A stretch of DNA of 64,000 nucleotides from an uncultured Clostridia bacterium. Its GTDB lineage: Bacteria; Bacillota; Clostridia; Oscillospirales; Butyricicoccaceae. The stretch spans positions 138,442 to 202,441 of the forward strand of contig CAJUSB010000001.1 of the NCBI GenBank assembly GCA_910589115.1. The letters run 5' to 3'. This document shows, piece after piece, positions 10,557-23,228 of the stretch. The position numbers were made by a program, and so were the translations under genes. Position 1 is the first letter of the stretch. Each line of letters starts with the position of its first letter. The notes under the pieces are model-generated. The model was not told where the DNA came from, did no database searches, and worked only from the letters and a program-made list of their open reading frames with translations.

Positions 10557-11996
10557 TTGAAAAATATCTTATTTGTTGCGTCAGAGTGCGTACCGTTTAT
10601 CAAGACCGGCGGCCTTGCCGATGTTGCAGGCGCGCTGCCCAAGTCCCTCGATAAGAATAAGTATGATGTGCGTGTCGTCCTGCCCGACTATGCCTGCATC
10701 CCAGAAAAGTACCGCAATGAGTTCCAATATGTACATCATTTTTACATGGACCTCGGCAAGCTCGGCGATGTTTATGTTGGCATCATGACCTGCCAGTTGG
10801 ATGGCATTACCTATTATTTTATTGATAATCAGCATTATTTCTCCGATCCCAAGCCCTACGGCGATATCCACTGGGATATCGAAAAGTTCTGCTATTTCTC
10901 CAAAGCGGCACTGGCCATCCTGCCGGTTGTTGGTTTCCATCCCGATGTAATCCATTGCCATGACTGGCAGACCGGCGTGCTCCCTGTCATGCTGCACACC
11001 GTATTCAAGTCCAATCCGTTCTTCCATAATATCCGCACGATTATGACCATCCATAATCTGAAATTCCAGGGCGTTTGGGATATTGAGACCATGAAGCTGT
11101 ATACCAACTTGCCGGATGATGTATTCATTACCGGACGTATGGAGTTCAAAAAGGATGCGAATATGCTGAAAGGCGGCCTGGTTTATGCAGACCGTATCAC
11201 GACAGTTTCTGATACCTATGCCTGGGAGATTCAGCTCCCCTATTACGGCGAAGGCCTTGACGGACTGCTCTATGCCAAGCGGAATACGCTGTCAGGCATC
11301 GTGAACGGCATTGATTACGACATCTATAACCCGGAAACAGATCCTAAGATTGTTTCAAATTATACTGCAAAGACAGTCACTGCCGGCAAGAAAAAGAACA
11401 AAATGGAGCTGCAAAAGGAACTTGGCCTGCCGGTAGACCCCGATGTCATGATGATTGGTATGATTACGCGCCTGACAGACCAAAAGGGATTTGACCTGGT
11501 AGAATGGGTAATCGGACGCCTGCTGCAATCGCATATCCAGCTGGTCGTGCTGGGCACTGGCGACGATAAATATGAAAATCTCTTCCGCCACCTGGAGTGG
11601 TCGCATAAGGATAAGGTTTCATCCAGCATTTATTTCAACGATGAGCGTGCACATAAGATATATGCGTCTTCGGATGCAATCCTGATGCCCTCCCGCTTTG
11701 AGCCCTGCGGCCTGACGCAGCTGATTGCCCTGCGGTATGGCACCGTCCCGATTGTGCGTGAAACCGGAGGCCTGAAGGACACGGTAGAACCCTACAATGA
11801 GTTTGCACAGACCGGTACAGGCTTCTCATTCGCAAACTATAATGCAGATGAAATGCTTGCCAGCATTTTCTACGCAGAACAGGTATATTACGATAATCGC
11901 AAGGCGTGGGATGATATGGTTCTGCGCGGTATGGCAAAGGACTTCTCGTGGAACAGCTCCGCTAAGAAGTATGAAGCGCTCTACGACTCCCTTTAA
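10557..11996 (+). CDS. glgA: Glycogen synthase
   Basis: KTGGLADV, HCHDWQ and PSRFEPCGL motifs; TTG start after GAGGAGG. Confidence 0.95.
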   Translation: MKNILFVASECVPFIKTGGLADVAGALPKSLDKNKYDVRVVLPDYACIPEKYRNEFQYVHHFYMDLGKLGDVYVGIMTCQLDGITYYFIDNQHYFSDPKPYGDIHWDIEKFCYFSKAALAILPVVGFHPDVIHCHDWQTGVLPVMLHTVFKSNPFFHNIRTIMTIHNLKFQGVWDIETMKLYTNLPDDVFITGRMEFKKDANMLKGGLVYADRITTVSDTYAWEIQLPYYGEGLDGLLYAKRNTLSGIVNGIDYDIYNPETDPKIVSNYTAKTVTAGKKKNKMELQKELGLPVDPDVMMIGMITRLTDQKGFDLVEWVIGRLLQSHIQLVVLGTGDDKYENLFRHLEWSHKDKVSSSIYFNDERAHKIYASSDAILMPSRFEPCGLTQLIALRYGTVPIVRETGGLKDTVEPYNEFAQTGTGFSFANYNADEMLASIFYAEQVYYDNRKAWDDMVLRGMAKDFSWNSSAKKYEALYDSL

Positions 11997-12025
11997 TTCA
12001 AAAATTAACGCTTTAAGACAACCTG

Positions 12026-12053
12026 AAAAGGCCTGCCATACGGCAGGCCTTTT
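12026..12053. terminator. Bidirectional terminator after glgA
   Basis: AAAAGGCCTGCC / GGCAGGCCTTTT. Confidence 0.85.
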
Positions 12054-12123
12054 GCGTCCAGATATTGAGAAAACCTCCCCCCGCAGACATGAAAAACGAT
12101 GCAGAATCTGCATCGTTTTTCAC

Positions 12124-12239
12124 TCCCGCCCGCAGGCGGTCAGAAGATGCGCAGCATCTTGGGAGTCCAGAGGGGCGGACGCGCCCCTTTGGCGCACCCC
12201 GCGCAGGGGTGGGAGTCCAGAGGGCAAAGCCCTTTGGCG
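12124..12239 (+). repeat. REP-like modular repeat, copy A (two tandem cores)
   Basis: TCCCGCCCGCAGGCG plus two GGGAGTCCAGAGGG..CCCTTTGG hairpins at 12161 and 12211. Confidence 0.85.
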
Positions 12240-12259
12240 TTAACCAGAGGAAAACCCTA

Positions 12260-12658
12260 TTATTTCTCTGCGATCCGAATACGGTTCAGCGCCTTTTTCA
12301 AACGGATTTCTGCAAGCTCCTGCTTTTGGGTGCTTTCCTTGTGTGCAAGAAGCTGCTTGGCCCGTTCCTGCGCAGCCCGGGCGCGGTTGACATCAATTTC
12401 ATCTGCCCACTCACAAGTACGGGCCAGTACCGTTGTCCCATCCTGTGAAACCTCGACAAAGCCCCCGGAAACGGCAGCAAGACGGCTGGTTCCATTCTGT
12501 GTAATGGTCATGCCGCCAATGCCAAGCGCGGCAACATAGTTGATATGGCGCGGCAGGATTCCGACATCCCCTTCGGTTGTACGGACAACCAGACGATCCA
12601 CATCCCCTTCAAAAAAGCTGCGCTCCGCCGTGAGAACCTTCAAATGAAAGGTAGCCAT
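12260..12658 (-). CDS. atpC: ATP synthase epsilon
   Basis: GDVGILPRH and VSGGFVEV motifs. Confidence 0.95.
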   Translation of the reverse strand: MATFHLKVLTAERSFFEGDVDRLVVRTTEGDVGILPRHINYVAALGIGGMTITQNGTSRLAAVSGGFVEVSQDGTTVLARTCEWADEIDVNRARAAQERAKQLLAHKESTQKQELAEIRLKKALNRIRIAEK

Positions 12659-12659
12659 A

Positions 12660-14087
<1,428 letters not shown>

Positions 14088-14942
14088 TTAACTGCCTACC
14101 TGCCCGCTGCCTGCAACGATTTCGGTAATTTCCTGGGTAATCGCCGCCTGACGGGCACGGTTGTAGGACAAATTCAGGTCTTCGATCATTTCGCTCGCAT
14201 TGTCCGATGCTGATTCCATCGCCATACGCCGCGCCGACTGCTCTGAAGCAAAGGACTCGACAATCGCGCCATACAGTACACCGTACAGGTACTCCGGGAT
14301 GATCGACTCAAAAACCGCCTCCGGAGAGGGGTCATACTCGGTGGCCGCAGCTCTCTTTTCATTTTCCGCCTTTTTGAAATCCGAAGGCAGCAGCTGGATG
14401 CAGCGTGCCTCCTGCGTCAGCGGGGAAACAAACTCGGTATAGCACAGGAAAATCTCATCAATCTCCTGCTTGCGGTACATATCGAGGAACTGATCCACAA
14501 TCTCATGGGTTTCCGAAATGCGAAGCGTTTCTGCAAGGCCCGGATAATCGCCGACCGAATGATAGCCGCGCTTTCCGAAAAACTCCTGAGACTTTCTTCC
14601 AACCGTCAGCACCTTGACATTTTTACCCTCCATCTGGGCGCAAGCCAGCTTGAGGACGTTTGCGTTGAAGCCTCCTGCCAGTCCCCTGTCGCCTGCAATC
14701 ACGATAAACAAGCTGTTTTTGACTGCTGCATGCCGGCCATAGACCGTATTTTCGCGCGACTGCGCGGAAATACGGGTAATGGTGTCATACATGGCATTAA
14801 AATAGGGGCGGGAATTCTGCACACGCTCTTTTGCGCGGCGCAGCTTAGAGGAGGCGACCAGTTCCATTGCCTTGGTGATCTGCATCGTTGACTGGACGCT
14901 TTTTATGCGGCGCTTAATGTCTTTCATATTGCCGGAAGCCAT
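14088..14942 (-). CDS. atpG: ATP synthase gamma
   Basis: ITKAMELVA and RQAAITQEITEI motifs. Confidence 0.97.
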   Translation of the reverse strand: MASGNMKDIKRRIKSVQSTMQITKAMELVASSKLRRAKERVQNSRPYFNAMYDTITRISAQSRENTVYGRHAAVKNSLFIVIAGDRGLAGGFNANVLKLACAQMEGKNVKVLTVGRKSQEFFGKRGYHSVGDYPGLAETLRISETHEIVDQFLDMYRKQEIDEIFLCYTEFVSPLTQEARCIQLLPSDFKKAENEKRAAATEYDPSPEAVFESIIPEYLYGVLYGAIVESFASEQSARRMAMESASDNASEMIEDLNLSYNRARQAAITQEITEIVAGSGQVGS

Positions 14943-14974
14943 AATTTACCTCCTCCCTTCCGAACAGTTGTTCA

Positions 14975-16477
14975 TTACAGCTCGGAGAGGAAACCTGTCT
15001 TAAAGGCCTCAATGGCTTTCGGCAGTGAATCGCTGACTGCATCCAATACTTTTGTCTCACGGATGGACGACAGAATTTCCCCGTGATTGTTTTCGAGGTA
15101 TTCAAACAAGCCGTTCTGGAATGCACTGAGCTTTTCGACCGGAATATCCGTCAACATCTTATTGACAACCGCATAGATAATAACAACCTGCTTTTCAACC
15201 GGGATCGGGCTGTTCTGCGGCTGCTTGAGCACCTCTACAATGCGCTCGCCCTGATCCAGACGGGCTTTGGTATCTGCATCCAGATCCGAACCAAACTGCG
15301 AGAACGCCTGCAACTCACGATACTGGGAATAAGACAGCTTCAGTGTACCTGAAACCTTTTTCATTGCCTTGATCTGTGCATCGCCGCCAACGCGGGAGAC
15401 CGAGATACCAGGGTTGACCGCCGGACGGATACCGGAATTGAACAACTCGGTTTCAAGGAAAATCTGCCCGTCCGTAATAGAAATAACGTTCGTCGGGATA
15501 TAGGCCGAAACGTCGCCTGCCTGGGTCTCAATGACAGGGAGCGCCGTCAGGCTTCCGCTTCCCTTGATATTTGCCGCACGCTCCAGCAGACGGGAATGGA
15601 GATAAAATACGTCGCCGGGATATGCTTCACGTCCGGGCGGACGGTGCAGCAGCAGCGAAAGGGCGCGGTATGCCACCGCATGCTTGGAAAGATCATCATA
15701 AATGATCAGTACATCCTTGCCCTTATGCATAAAGAATTCGCCGATGGAGCAGCCTGAATAAGGCGCGATATATTGCAGCGGCGCCGATTCAGACGCAGTT
15801 GCAGAGACGATTACTGTATATTTCAGTGCACCATTTGCGGACAGGGTCTCTGCTACCTGTGCTACGGTTGAACGCTTCTGCCCAATCGCAACATAAATAC
15901 AGATGACGCCTGTATCCTTCTGGTTAATGATGGTATCCAGACAGATCGCGGTCTTGCCGGTCTGACGGTCACCGATGATCAGCTCACGCTGTCCGCGGCC
16001 GATCGGTATCATGGAGTCGATTGCCTTGATGCCGGTTTGCAGCGGTACGCTGACGTGTTCGCGCTCAATGATGCCGGGCGCGGGCATTTCAATGGGGCGG
16101 GTTTCCTTGGTCTTTACCGGGCCTTTGCCGTCGATAGGCGCACCAAGCGCGTCAACTACGCGGCCAAGCAGGGCTTCGCCAACCGGTACGGACACGATGC
16201 GTCCGGTGCGCTTGACGGTATCGCCCTCGCGGATATCCTGATCCGAACCCAGCAGAACGGCGCCGACGAGATCCTCTTCCAGGTTCTGCGCCATGCCATA
16301 TACCCCACCCTCAAATTCCAGCAGCTCACTTGCCATGCACTCTTCAAGGCCATGGATGTGACAGATACCGTCGCCTACCGATACGACTGTGCCGACATTG
16401 GTCAGTTTGATCTGGCTCTGGTAATTGGTGATCTGCTGCTTGATGATGTTACTAATTTCTTCGGGGCGTAATTCCAC
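14975..16477 (-). CDS. atpA: ATP synthase alpha
   Basis: GDRQTGKT and [11 protein letters not shown] motifs. Confidence 0.98.
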   Translation of the reverse strand: MELRPEEISNIIKQQITNYQSQIKLTNVGTVVSVGDGICHIHGLEECMASELLEFEGGVYGMAQNLEEDLVGAVLLGSDQDIREGDTVKRTGRIVSVPVGEALLGRVVDALGAPIDGKGPVKTKETRPIEMPAPGIIEREHVSVPLQTGIKAIDSMIPIGRGQRELIIGDRQTGKTAICLDTIINQKDTGVICIYVAIGQKRSTVAQVAETLSANGALKYTVIVSATASESAPLQYIAPYSGCSIGEFFMHKGKDVLIIYDDLSKHAVAYRALSLLLHRPPGREAYPGDVFYLHSRLLERAANIKGSGSLTALPVIETQAGDVSAYIPTNVISITDGQIFLETELFNSGIRPAVNPGISVSRVGGDAQIKAMKKVSGTLKLSYSQYRELQAFSQFGSDLDADTKARLDQGERIVEVLKQPQNSPIPVEKQVVIIYAVVNKMLTDIPVEKLSAFQNGLFEYLENNHGEILSSIRETKVLDAVSDSLPKAIEAFKTGFLSEL

Positions 16478-16494
16478 TAAAGATCACCTGCTTC

Positions 16495-17037
16495 CTACGC
16501 GATAATATGGTTCATCTGCTGCGCGATCTCTGCCAGACGGGTCTTGACCGAGGTATCTACCTGCCGGTTGTCGATCCGCACGACAATGCCGCCGATGAGC
16601 TTGGGGTCCACCTCATTTTTGAGGATGACCTTCTTCTGCGTGACGGCGCACATTTTCCCGCACAACTTGTCCTGGAGTGCCTTGTCCATCGGTGACGCAG
16701 TGACTGCGACCACCTCTGCAATGCCCTCTTCAAAATAATACTGGTCCCGATACGCTTTGCAAATCTCGGAAATAAGGCCGATCCGGCGCTTTTCGGTCAG
16801 CAGCAAAAGGAAATTGAGCACATAATCATGCGTCTTTCCACCGAACACCTGCCTCAGTGTCTCCTGCTTTTCCGGCAGCGGGATGCTGGGGGTGGTCAGT
16901 AGCTTGAGGTATTCCGGATAATCCGAAAACACCCCGGCAACCTGCGCCAGCTCCTCACAGAAATGCTCTGCCTGCCCGCATTCCTTTGCGACCTCATAAA
17001 GGCTCAGCGCATAGCGCTCACTTACGATTGATGCCAC
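16495..17037 (-). CDS. atpH: ATP synthase delta
   Basis: RYALSLY and VDPKLIGG motifs; operon position. Confidence 0.95.
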   Translation of the reverse strand: MASIVSERYALSLYEVAKECGQAEHFCEELAQVAGVFSDYPEYLKLLTTPSIPLPEKQETLRQVFGGKTHDYVLNFLLLLTEKRRIGLISEICKAYRDQYYFEEGIAEVVAVTASPMDKALQDKLCGKMCAVTQKKVILKNEVDPKLIGGIVVRIDNRQVDTSVKTRLAEIAQQMNHIIA

Positions 17038-17041
17038 GCGC

Positions 17042-17545
17042 TCACTCCCCTACCTTGTTGATGAAATCCTCGATCATGCGCTTGTGATCGGCCTCGTTGA
17101 TCTCCTTTTCGACGACCTTTGAGGCGATCATGACGGAAAGACCGGCAATTTCGTCCTTGATTTCGTTGAGCGCCTTTTTCTTTTCCAGTTCGATGCCTTC
17201 CTCAGCCTTCCGCACCATGTCGGAAGCCTGCCGGTTGGCATCAGCAAGGATCTCTTCTGAACGGGCGGCGGCGCGTTTGGCAGCGTTCGCGGTGATCTGT
17301 GCGGCTTCCTCCTTCGCACCCGCGATGGAGGCGCTATAGTCGCGCTTCATCGCTTCGGCAGCGGTGCGGTCGGCCTCCGCAGTTGCATACAGCTCACGCA
17401 CCTCGGTCTCCCGGGCCTCAAGCATTTTGTTGATCGGGCCAAACAGGAACTTTTTTACGATCAGGAACGTGATCAGCAGATTGCAGATCGTGACGCACAG
17501 CCCCCACCAGTCGAAGGTTACAAACGATTGATAGATTGCTTCCAC
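17042..17545 (-). CDS. atpF: ATP synthase b
   Basis: N-terminal TM followed by a coiled coil; operon position. Confidence 0.95.
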   Translation of the reverse strand: MEAIYQSFVTFDWWGLCVTICNLLITFLIVKKFLFGPINKMLEARETEVRELYATAEADRTAAEAMKRDYSASIAGAKEEAAQITANAAKRAAARSEEILADANRQASDMVRKAEEGIELEKKKALNEIKDEIAGLSVMIASKVVEKEINEADHKRMIEDFINKVGE

Positions 17546-17584
17546 AGGCTTACCCTCCTTCCAATGGAAGATCGTTCACCTGCA

Positions 17585-17923
<339 letters not shown>

Positions 17924-18625
17924 TCAGCTACGCGCGTTTCCGACGTATGCCATGGTCAGCATACTGAAAATGAATGCCTGCATCGCCGCTGTAAACAGGT
18001 CGAAATACAGCGAGAGCACGCCGGGGATGCCGATCTGGAACAGCGGGACGGGCAAAAAGCCCAGTATCGCATTAGAGAACGCGGCAAGCCCTGACATCAG
18101 CAGGGTCGTGATAACCAGACCGCCTGCCATATTGCCGAAATGACGGAAGCTCATGGAAATCGGCGTTGCAATTTCAGAGAGTACGTTCAGCGGCAGCATA
18201 ATGAAGATTGGCTCCAAATACCCCTTGAGATAAGCTTTCAGCCCGTGGAACCTGATATTACTGTAGTGTATCAGGAAAAATACGATCAGCGCCCAGCCCA
18301 GTGTTGTATTCAGGTCAGCGGTTGTCGGCCGCAGGCCAATGACTGAAACCAGGCTGCCAAAAAGGGAAGACAGCATGATTGCAGCAACAAACGGCGCATA
18401 GTGCCTGCATCCTTCCCCCATCGTATTGTCAACGAGGCCGTTGAGCATAACGACCGCCTTTTCGGCGAGCGCCTGCTTTCCGGTGGGGATCTTTTGCAGG
18501 TTGCGCGTCAGGAATACACATAGGCACAGAATCAGAAGCATGACAAACCATTGGTTCCGCATGGATTCTGTGATGGGCAGCCCTCCGAGCACCGGTATCT
18601 CAAAATATATCTGTGGTCCGTTCAC
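17924..18625 (-). CDS. atpB: ATP synthase a
   Basis: PTTADLN and SFRHFGN (essential Arg) motifs. Confidence 0.95.
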   Translation of the reverse strand: MNGPQIYFEIPVLGGLPITESMRNQWFVMLLILCLCVFLTRNLQKIPTGKQALAEKAVVMLNGLVDNTMGEGCRHYAPFVAAIMLSSLFGSLVSVIGLRPTTADLNTTLGWALIVFFLIHYSNIRFHGLKAYLKGYLEPIFIMLPLNVLSEIATPISMSFRHFGNMAGGLVITTLLMSGLAAFSNAILGFLPVPLFQIGIPGVLSLYFDLFTAAMQAFIFSMLTMAYVGNARS

Positions 18626-19018
18626 TCAGTTTCCTCCTTTCCTGCAGGTATTTAAAATCAATAAAATGATTTTCGTGTAGAAGAGCGGCACAATGACCGC
18701 CGCCGGGTTAAGCCACGGCAGTTTGAAGGAAACGACAATGACCACCGCTGTCAGCACATAGCGTGTCAGATAGCCGCGCACCATGCCGCGCTGGGCCCGT
18801 TCGGGTGTACGGTAAAATGCAGCCGCACGCAAAGCGGACTGCCCGATTTGGTAAAAGTTAAACAATGCGTAGGCGGAGCCCAGCAGGATGCTCAGGGCAG
18901 TCTGCCATTGCCAGTACCCCAGCAGCGCGAATACGCCGTAGGTAATCAGCATCAGCGGAAGCATCCCTTTCGCCTGGCGGCGAAGTTCGCTTATAACGAT
19001 CTCACTTTCGTCTCTCAT
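18626..19018 (-). CDS. atpI: ATP synthase protein I
   Basis: 4-TM protein immediately upstream of atpB. Confidence 0.8.
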   Translation of the reverse strand: MRDESEIVISELRRQAKGMLPLMLITYGVFALLGYWQWQTALSILLGSAYALFNFYQIGQSALRAAAFYRTPERAQRGMVRGYLTRYVLTAVVIVVSFKLPWLNPAAVIVPLFYTKIILLILNTCRKGGN

Positions 19019-19238
19019 GCTCCTGTTCGGCCTCCTTCTGTACCATCCGCAGGAACCGGCTCAGGCTTCTGGCACTGGTGAGCAGGCCTGCTGCCAGTGC
19101 AACGACAAAGACCCAGCCGCCCAGTTCAAAATGTGTCCGTACCCATGCGGCGGCCCAAAGGGACAATACTGGCGGAAGCACGAGCGACAGCCCCAGCTGG
19201 CCAACCCAGGCAAGGTATTTCAAAACGGAAAGCCACAA
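19002..19238 (-). CDS. AtpZ/AtpI-family 2-TM protein
   Basis: GQLGLSLVLP motif; TTG 8 nt after GGGGAGG; first gene of the atp operon. Confidence 0.7.
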   Translation of the reverse strand: MWLSVLKYLAWVGQLGLSLVLPPVLSLWAAAWVRTHFELGGWVFVVALAAGLLTSARSLSRFLRMVQKEAEQEHERRK

Positions 19239-19407
19239 ACAAACTGCCTCCCCTATTACGCAGATATCCGATATTCTATGCCTTTCCAAAGGAAAGGCCG
19301 GACAAACCCGATGTTACTATTATAGCAGAGATTCTTAAAAACGAAAGAGGTTTTTATCAAATTTTTCTAAAAAGTTTTTATACTTCACAGTTCCTAAGCC
19401 GCGTATT

Positions 19408-19443
19408 AAAAAGCGGACGGGACACCTTTCGGCCCTGTCCGCT
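19408..19443 (-). terminator. Terminator of the P-loop gene
   Basis: AGCGGAC..GTCCGCT stem followed by TTTT on the minus strand. Confidence 0.6.
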
Positions 19444-19484
19444 CATTTCTCTGTAAATATAGTGATTCCGGGCAATCAGAGGGA

Positions 19485-19895
19485 TCAGGCGTACTTTTTC
19501 ATGCCTTCTGTAACCGCAGCATCGTCTTCGCTGAGCGAAACGGTGAACTTAACGGTGTGTGTATCTGCAAAGGCATTCAGCTTGTCAAGGAACGATTCCG
19601 CCTGTGAAGGGTCCTTGACACCGGCGACCTTGTACAATCCATCAATATAAATGTGGGTAATATCATAATTGCCCGCATGGATACCGCACAGGAAGCCAAG
19701 CAGGCCGTCATAGCTGCTGACTGCGTATTCACTGATGTTCACCAGCCGCGCATCGCGGGAAATGTCAAACCGGAGCTTGTCGCCCTTTGTGATGCAGACC
19801 ACGCTGCCCTTTTCATCCTTTACGGCGGCATTCACCAGTTCAATGATCGTCTTCGTCTTACCGGAGCCTGCTCCGCCTACAATGAGTTTTACCAT
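19485..19895 (-). CDS. Small P-loop conserved hypothetical protein
   Basis: MVKLIVGGAGSGKT Walker A-like motif and GNYDITHIYID; RBS GGGAGG. Confidence 0.75.
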   Translation of the reverse strand: MVKLIVGGAGSGKTKTIIELVNAAVKDEKGSVVCITKGDKLRFDISRDARLVNISEYAVSSYDGLLGFLCGIHAGNYDITHIYIDGLYKVAGVKDPSQAESFLDKLNAFADTHTVKFTVSLSEDDAAVTEGMKKYA

Positions 19896-20119
19896 AGAAA
19901 ATTCCTCCCAGATTTTATAGAGTGAGAAACAACCCAACCGAAAGGGCGTGTGCTTTTGAATAAAAACCAGCCCATGTAAGTACGGCAAATCGTCTCAACC
20001 TTTGAGGTTATTTCCATGTTACCATAGATCCCGCCAAATTACAATCTAAAAACAACACTTTCCCCGCAGTTTTTTGAAAAATTTTCTATTGCTTTCCAAT
20101 CCGGCGGAAAAAAACAGCT

Positions 20120-21262
20120 TTAGTCATGCTCTTTCATCAGCAGGACGCGCAGGAATTCGCGGTAGATATCGCCGAAGGTCAGTGCGCCGACTTGTTCGGC
20201 TGCTGTCAGCGGGATCGTCATGAGGACTGCATCCCCATTTTTCACGGTAACCGAACCCAGCTGCTGCCCTTTTTCAACGGGCGCATCAACGACATCGGCG
20301 AGCCGGACCTCGGTCGTCAGGGCGGCCATATCTTCTTTGGCGAGCACAACGCCGCTGATCTTTTCTGCTGTTGGCATGACAGAGAGTGACTTGCCGAGCC
20401 GTACCGGAACGGGGCTGAGCTGGCTTGAGATATCGGGCGTATAGGGGGCAAAATTAGCAAAGCCGTAATTGAGCAGTGCAGATACGTCGGCGGTACGGGC
20501 TTCTTTTGTCGGGGCGGCCATGACAGTTGCGATCAGGGTCATACCGCCGCGCTCGGCTGCTGCGGAGATGCAGAAGCCTGCCTGGGAAATATATCCGGTT
20601 TTCAGACCGATCATGCCCTCATAGCTTTTCAGCATCTTATTGGTGTTTGCAAGGGAAAACTCACCGTTTCGTATCGTGTCCATCCAGATGGTCGTATAGT
20701 CCAGGATTTTGGGGTGGCGCAGCAATTCAACGGAGATAAGAGCCAGGTCGCGTGCGGAGGTCAGGGTTTTACCACCGTCTGCATCCAGCCCGTTGGCGTT
20801 GATGAAGGTTGTGCTGGTGCAGCCTAGTTCTTGGGCACGGGTGTTCATTCGTTCGACAAAGGCCGCCTCTGTACCTGCGAGGTGTTCTGCAACTGCAACC
20901 GCACAATCATTTGCGGAGCCGACGGCGATTGCTTTCAGCATTTCATCGAAGGAAAGCTGCTCCCCTTCTTTGAGCCAAATCTGCGTACCGCCCATAGAGG
21001 ATGCGTAGGCAGAACCGGTCACGGGATCGGTCAGCTGGACTTCTCCGCGGTCAAGCGCTTCCATAGCCAGCAGAAGGGTCATAATTTTGGTAACGCTTGC
21101 AGGCTGAAGCGGTTCTTCGGCGTTCATTTCATAGAGGAGCTGTCCGGAGGAGTCGTACAGGGCAGCTGATTTTGCATTCAGCGGTCCCATTGCCGGAAGC
21201 GCGGCTGCCTGCATCAGCAGTGAGCACACACACAAAGCCGCGCAAACTATCTTTTTCATCAT
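20120..21262 (-). CDS. dacF: D-alanyl-D-alanine carboxypeptidase (DacF/DacB type)
   Basis: Signal peptide; SVTK, SAN and KTG motifs; sporulation-type CATACAAT -10 at 21289-21296. Confidence 0.8.
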   Translation of the reverse strand: MMKKIVCAALCVCSLLMQAAALPAMGPLNAKSAALYDSSGQLLYEMNAEEPLQPASVTKIMTLLLAMEALDRGEVQLTDPVTGSAYASSMGGTQIWLKEGEQLSFDEMLKAIAVGSANDCAVAVAEHLAGTEAAFVERMNTRAQELGCTSTTFINANGLDADGGKTLTSARDLALISVELLRHPKILDYTTIWMDTIRNGEFSLANTNKMLKSYEGMIGLKTGYISQAGFCISAAAERGGMTLIATVMAAPTKEARTADVSALLNYGFANFAPYTPDISSQLSPVPVRLGKSLSVMPTAEKISGVVLAKEDMAALTTEVRLADVVDAPVEKGQQLGSVTVKNGDAVLMTIPLTAAEQVGALTFGDIYREFLRVLLMKEHD

Positions 21263-21418
21263 CTGACCACCTTTCATTGCTTTCCCCTATTGTATGCGGC
21301 CGGCAGCACTTCCATTCATTTCCGGGCAGGACGAATCATTCTGGACATGAAAAAAGCCTGGCCGCCCCTGCTATTTTAGGAGGCCAAGCTCGTGTATGCT
21401 GAAAATATCCATACGTTT

Positions 21419-21573
21419 GCCCTACGCGGGCGGCGGCAGGACGCTGCCCTGCACCCGCAATTTTTTCGAGAAAAAATTGAGTAAAAGCTTTATTCCCGCT
21501 GCGGCGGGGGAACTGGTGCAGATATGTTTGTATTTGCGTGCTGCCCCGCCCGCCAAAAGGACGGCGGACGGGG
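21419..21573 (-). repeat. Divergent REP-like composite, copy F, with AGGAC-loop hairpin
   Basis: GCCTACGCGG, GGACGCTGCCC and CGCTGCGGCGGG modules shared with copies C and E; hairpin at 21544-21573. Confidence 0.6.
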
Positions 21574-21658
21574 ATCAGCGGCTGCGGCATATATTTTTTA
21601 TGCACACAAATTATAAGGGTCATGAACGATTGAAGTAAATTCATCCGGGAACAGCTGA

Positions 21659-22480
21659 TTAAACCTCTTCGGATGCATCTACAAGGACACGCTGGATACG
21701 TGTATTTTCAAAAACCTCACGATTGCGGTCATAAATCATTAGCAGGCCGTCAAGTGTCAAATTTGCGTCCACTTCGTCGATCAGGGAACAATGCTGCGCC
21801 ATCATCCGGCCCATACCGCCGGTCGCAATAACACGCACCTGGCCATCCATTTCGGCTTTCATATCCAGAATGACACCTTTCAATGCGCCTACATAACCAC
21901 GCACCGCGCCCGACTGCATACTCTCAACAGTTGTTTTGCCAATCGCATGTGCGCTCGGCGCAATGTCAATGCGGGGAAGTTTTGCCGCTTTTTGGAATAA
22001 TGCTTCCATCGCAATTTTAATGCCGGGCAGGATGGCCCCGCCAAGATATGCGCCGTCCCGGTCAATCGCATCAAAGGTGATTGCAGTGCCCATATCCACG
22101 ATAATTAACGGTTTTCCGTATTTTTCGACTGCTGAAACTGCATTCACCAGACGGTCTACGCCGACCTCGCGCGGATTGTTATACAGGTTCACAATTCCGG
22201 CGTCAATATCTTTTCCCACACATTTGGGCTGAAGACACAAATATTTGCGGATTGCGTTTACCAGCGTATACATCACCGGCGGCACGACCGATGCAATAAT
22301 CACTGCACTGGTATCCTCCGCCCTGCGCCCCAGGAACGAATAGTATTGGAGGATAATCATGCCAAGTTCGTCAGAGGTCCGTTCCCCGTTGGTAGAGATC
22401 CGAAAGGAACCAACAAATTCCCCCGCCTCATACAGGCCGAATACCATGTTCGTATTGCCTACGTCAATCGCCAAAAGCAT
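21659..22480 (-). CDS. coaX: Type III pantothenate kinase
   Basis: AIDVGNT, GVDR, DMGTA and GGAILPG motifs. Confidence 0.95.
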   Translation of the reverse strand: MLLAIDVGNTNMVFGLYEAGEFVGSFRISTNGERTSDELGMIILQYYSFLGRRAEDTSAVIIASVVPPVMYTLVNAIRKYLCLQPKCVGKDIDAGIVNLYNNPREVGVDRLVNAVSAVEKYGKPLIIVDMGTAITFDAIDRDGAYLGGAILPGIKIAMEALFQKAAKLPRIDIAPSAHAIGKTTVESMQSGAVRGYVGALKGVILDMKAEMDGQVRVIATGGMGRMMAQHCSLIDEVDANLTLDGLLMIYDRNREVFENTRIQRVLVDASEEV

Positions 22481-22531
22481 ATGTTTTCCGTTTCCTTTTC
22501 TTCTGTATTTCCACCCGTAAGGCATAAGCCT

Positions 22532-23011
22532 TTACAGGATAATCGGTTCAATCGTAAATCCATCTGGTTCAATGGTCAGCCTGCCATAACTTTTCTTTCC
22601 GCCGCGCGGAAGGCTGATGCTGCCCGGGTTAAAAACCATTATACCGTCCATTTGCTCCAAAAAGAGCCGGTGCGTGTGGCCAAACATTGCAAGAATGCAG
22701 TCATTCTCTTTCGCACGGTGCGGAAGCTGTCCGGCAGACATCCCATAAACACGTTCACGGTGGCCGTGTGTCAGATACATTCTTACCCCACCGAGCGTCA
22801 TAACGATATACATGGGAAATTCAGAATCAAAATCGTTGTTTCCGCGTACCGCATAAATTGGCATAGAGGAATATGCATAGGCGCGGCGCAGGTCGCGTAC
22901 ATCCTCTGTATAGTCCCCAAGATGGATAACACCGTCTGGCTGCTCCCGTTCAATGGCATCATATATATCAACAGTCCGGCCATGCGAATCAGAAAAAACC
23001 AATATTTTCAT
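22532..23011 (-). CDS. Metallophosphoesterase (YfcE/MJ0936 family)
   Basis: SDSHG, HLGD, GNND, THGH, GHTH and NPGS motifs. Confidence 0.92.
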   Translation of the reverse strand: MKILVFSDSHGRTVDIYDAIEREQPDGVIHLGDYTEDVRDLRRAYAYSSMPIYAVRGNNDFDSEFPMYIVMTLGGVRMYLTHGHRERVYGMSAGQLPHRAKENDCILAMFGHTHRLFLEQMDGIMVFNPGSISLPRGGKKSYGRLTIEPDGFTIEPIIL

Positions 23012-23164
23012 GCTTGTCCCTTCTCTCCCAACATTTAGACACACAGGCTACTATACACGAAAAATGCTCGCTTGTAAAGAGTATTTCTCGGTTTTTTGCA
23101 TTTGCCGGAAAACTGCCGCCGCTTTTTCTCCGTTTATTATCGGGCAAAAAAGGCGGTGGACATA

Positions 23165-23192
23165 CACAAATACGGATTCTTCCGCATAGAGT
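23165..23192 (+). promoter_or_regulatory. Putative sigK (mother-cell) promoter
   Basis: AC-17-CATAGAGT. Confidence 0.5.
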
Positions 23193-23228
23193 ATAAACAG
23201 ATTGAATGAAAAACGGAGGGACAAAACC

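Noticed and set aside
12124..12239. Two tandem GGGAGTCCAGAGGG units read as a mini CRISPR array
   Set aside because: Only two units, the spacer is itself palindromic, other copies are dispersed singly, and there are no cas genes
19896..20044. Structured ~110-nt leader of the P-loop gene
   Set aside because: The promoter TTGTAA-17-TAACAT is plausible, but the best helix overlaps the predicted start site and the other pairings are weak
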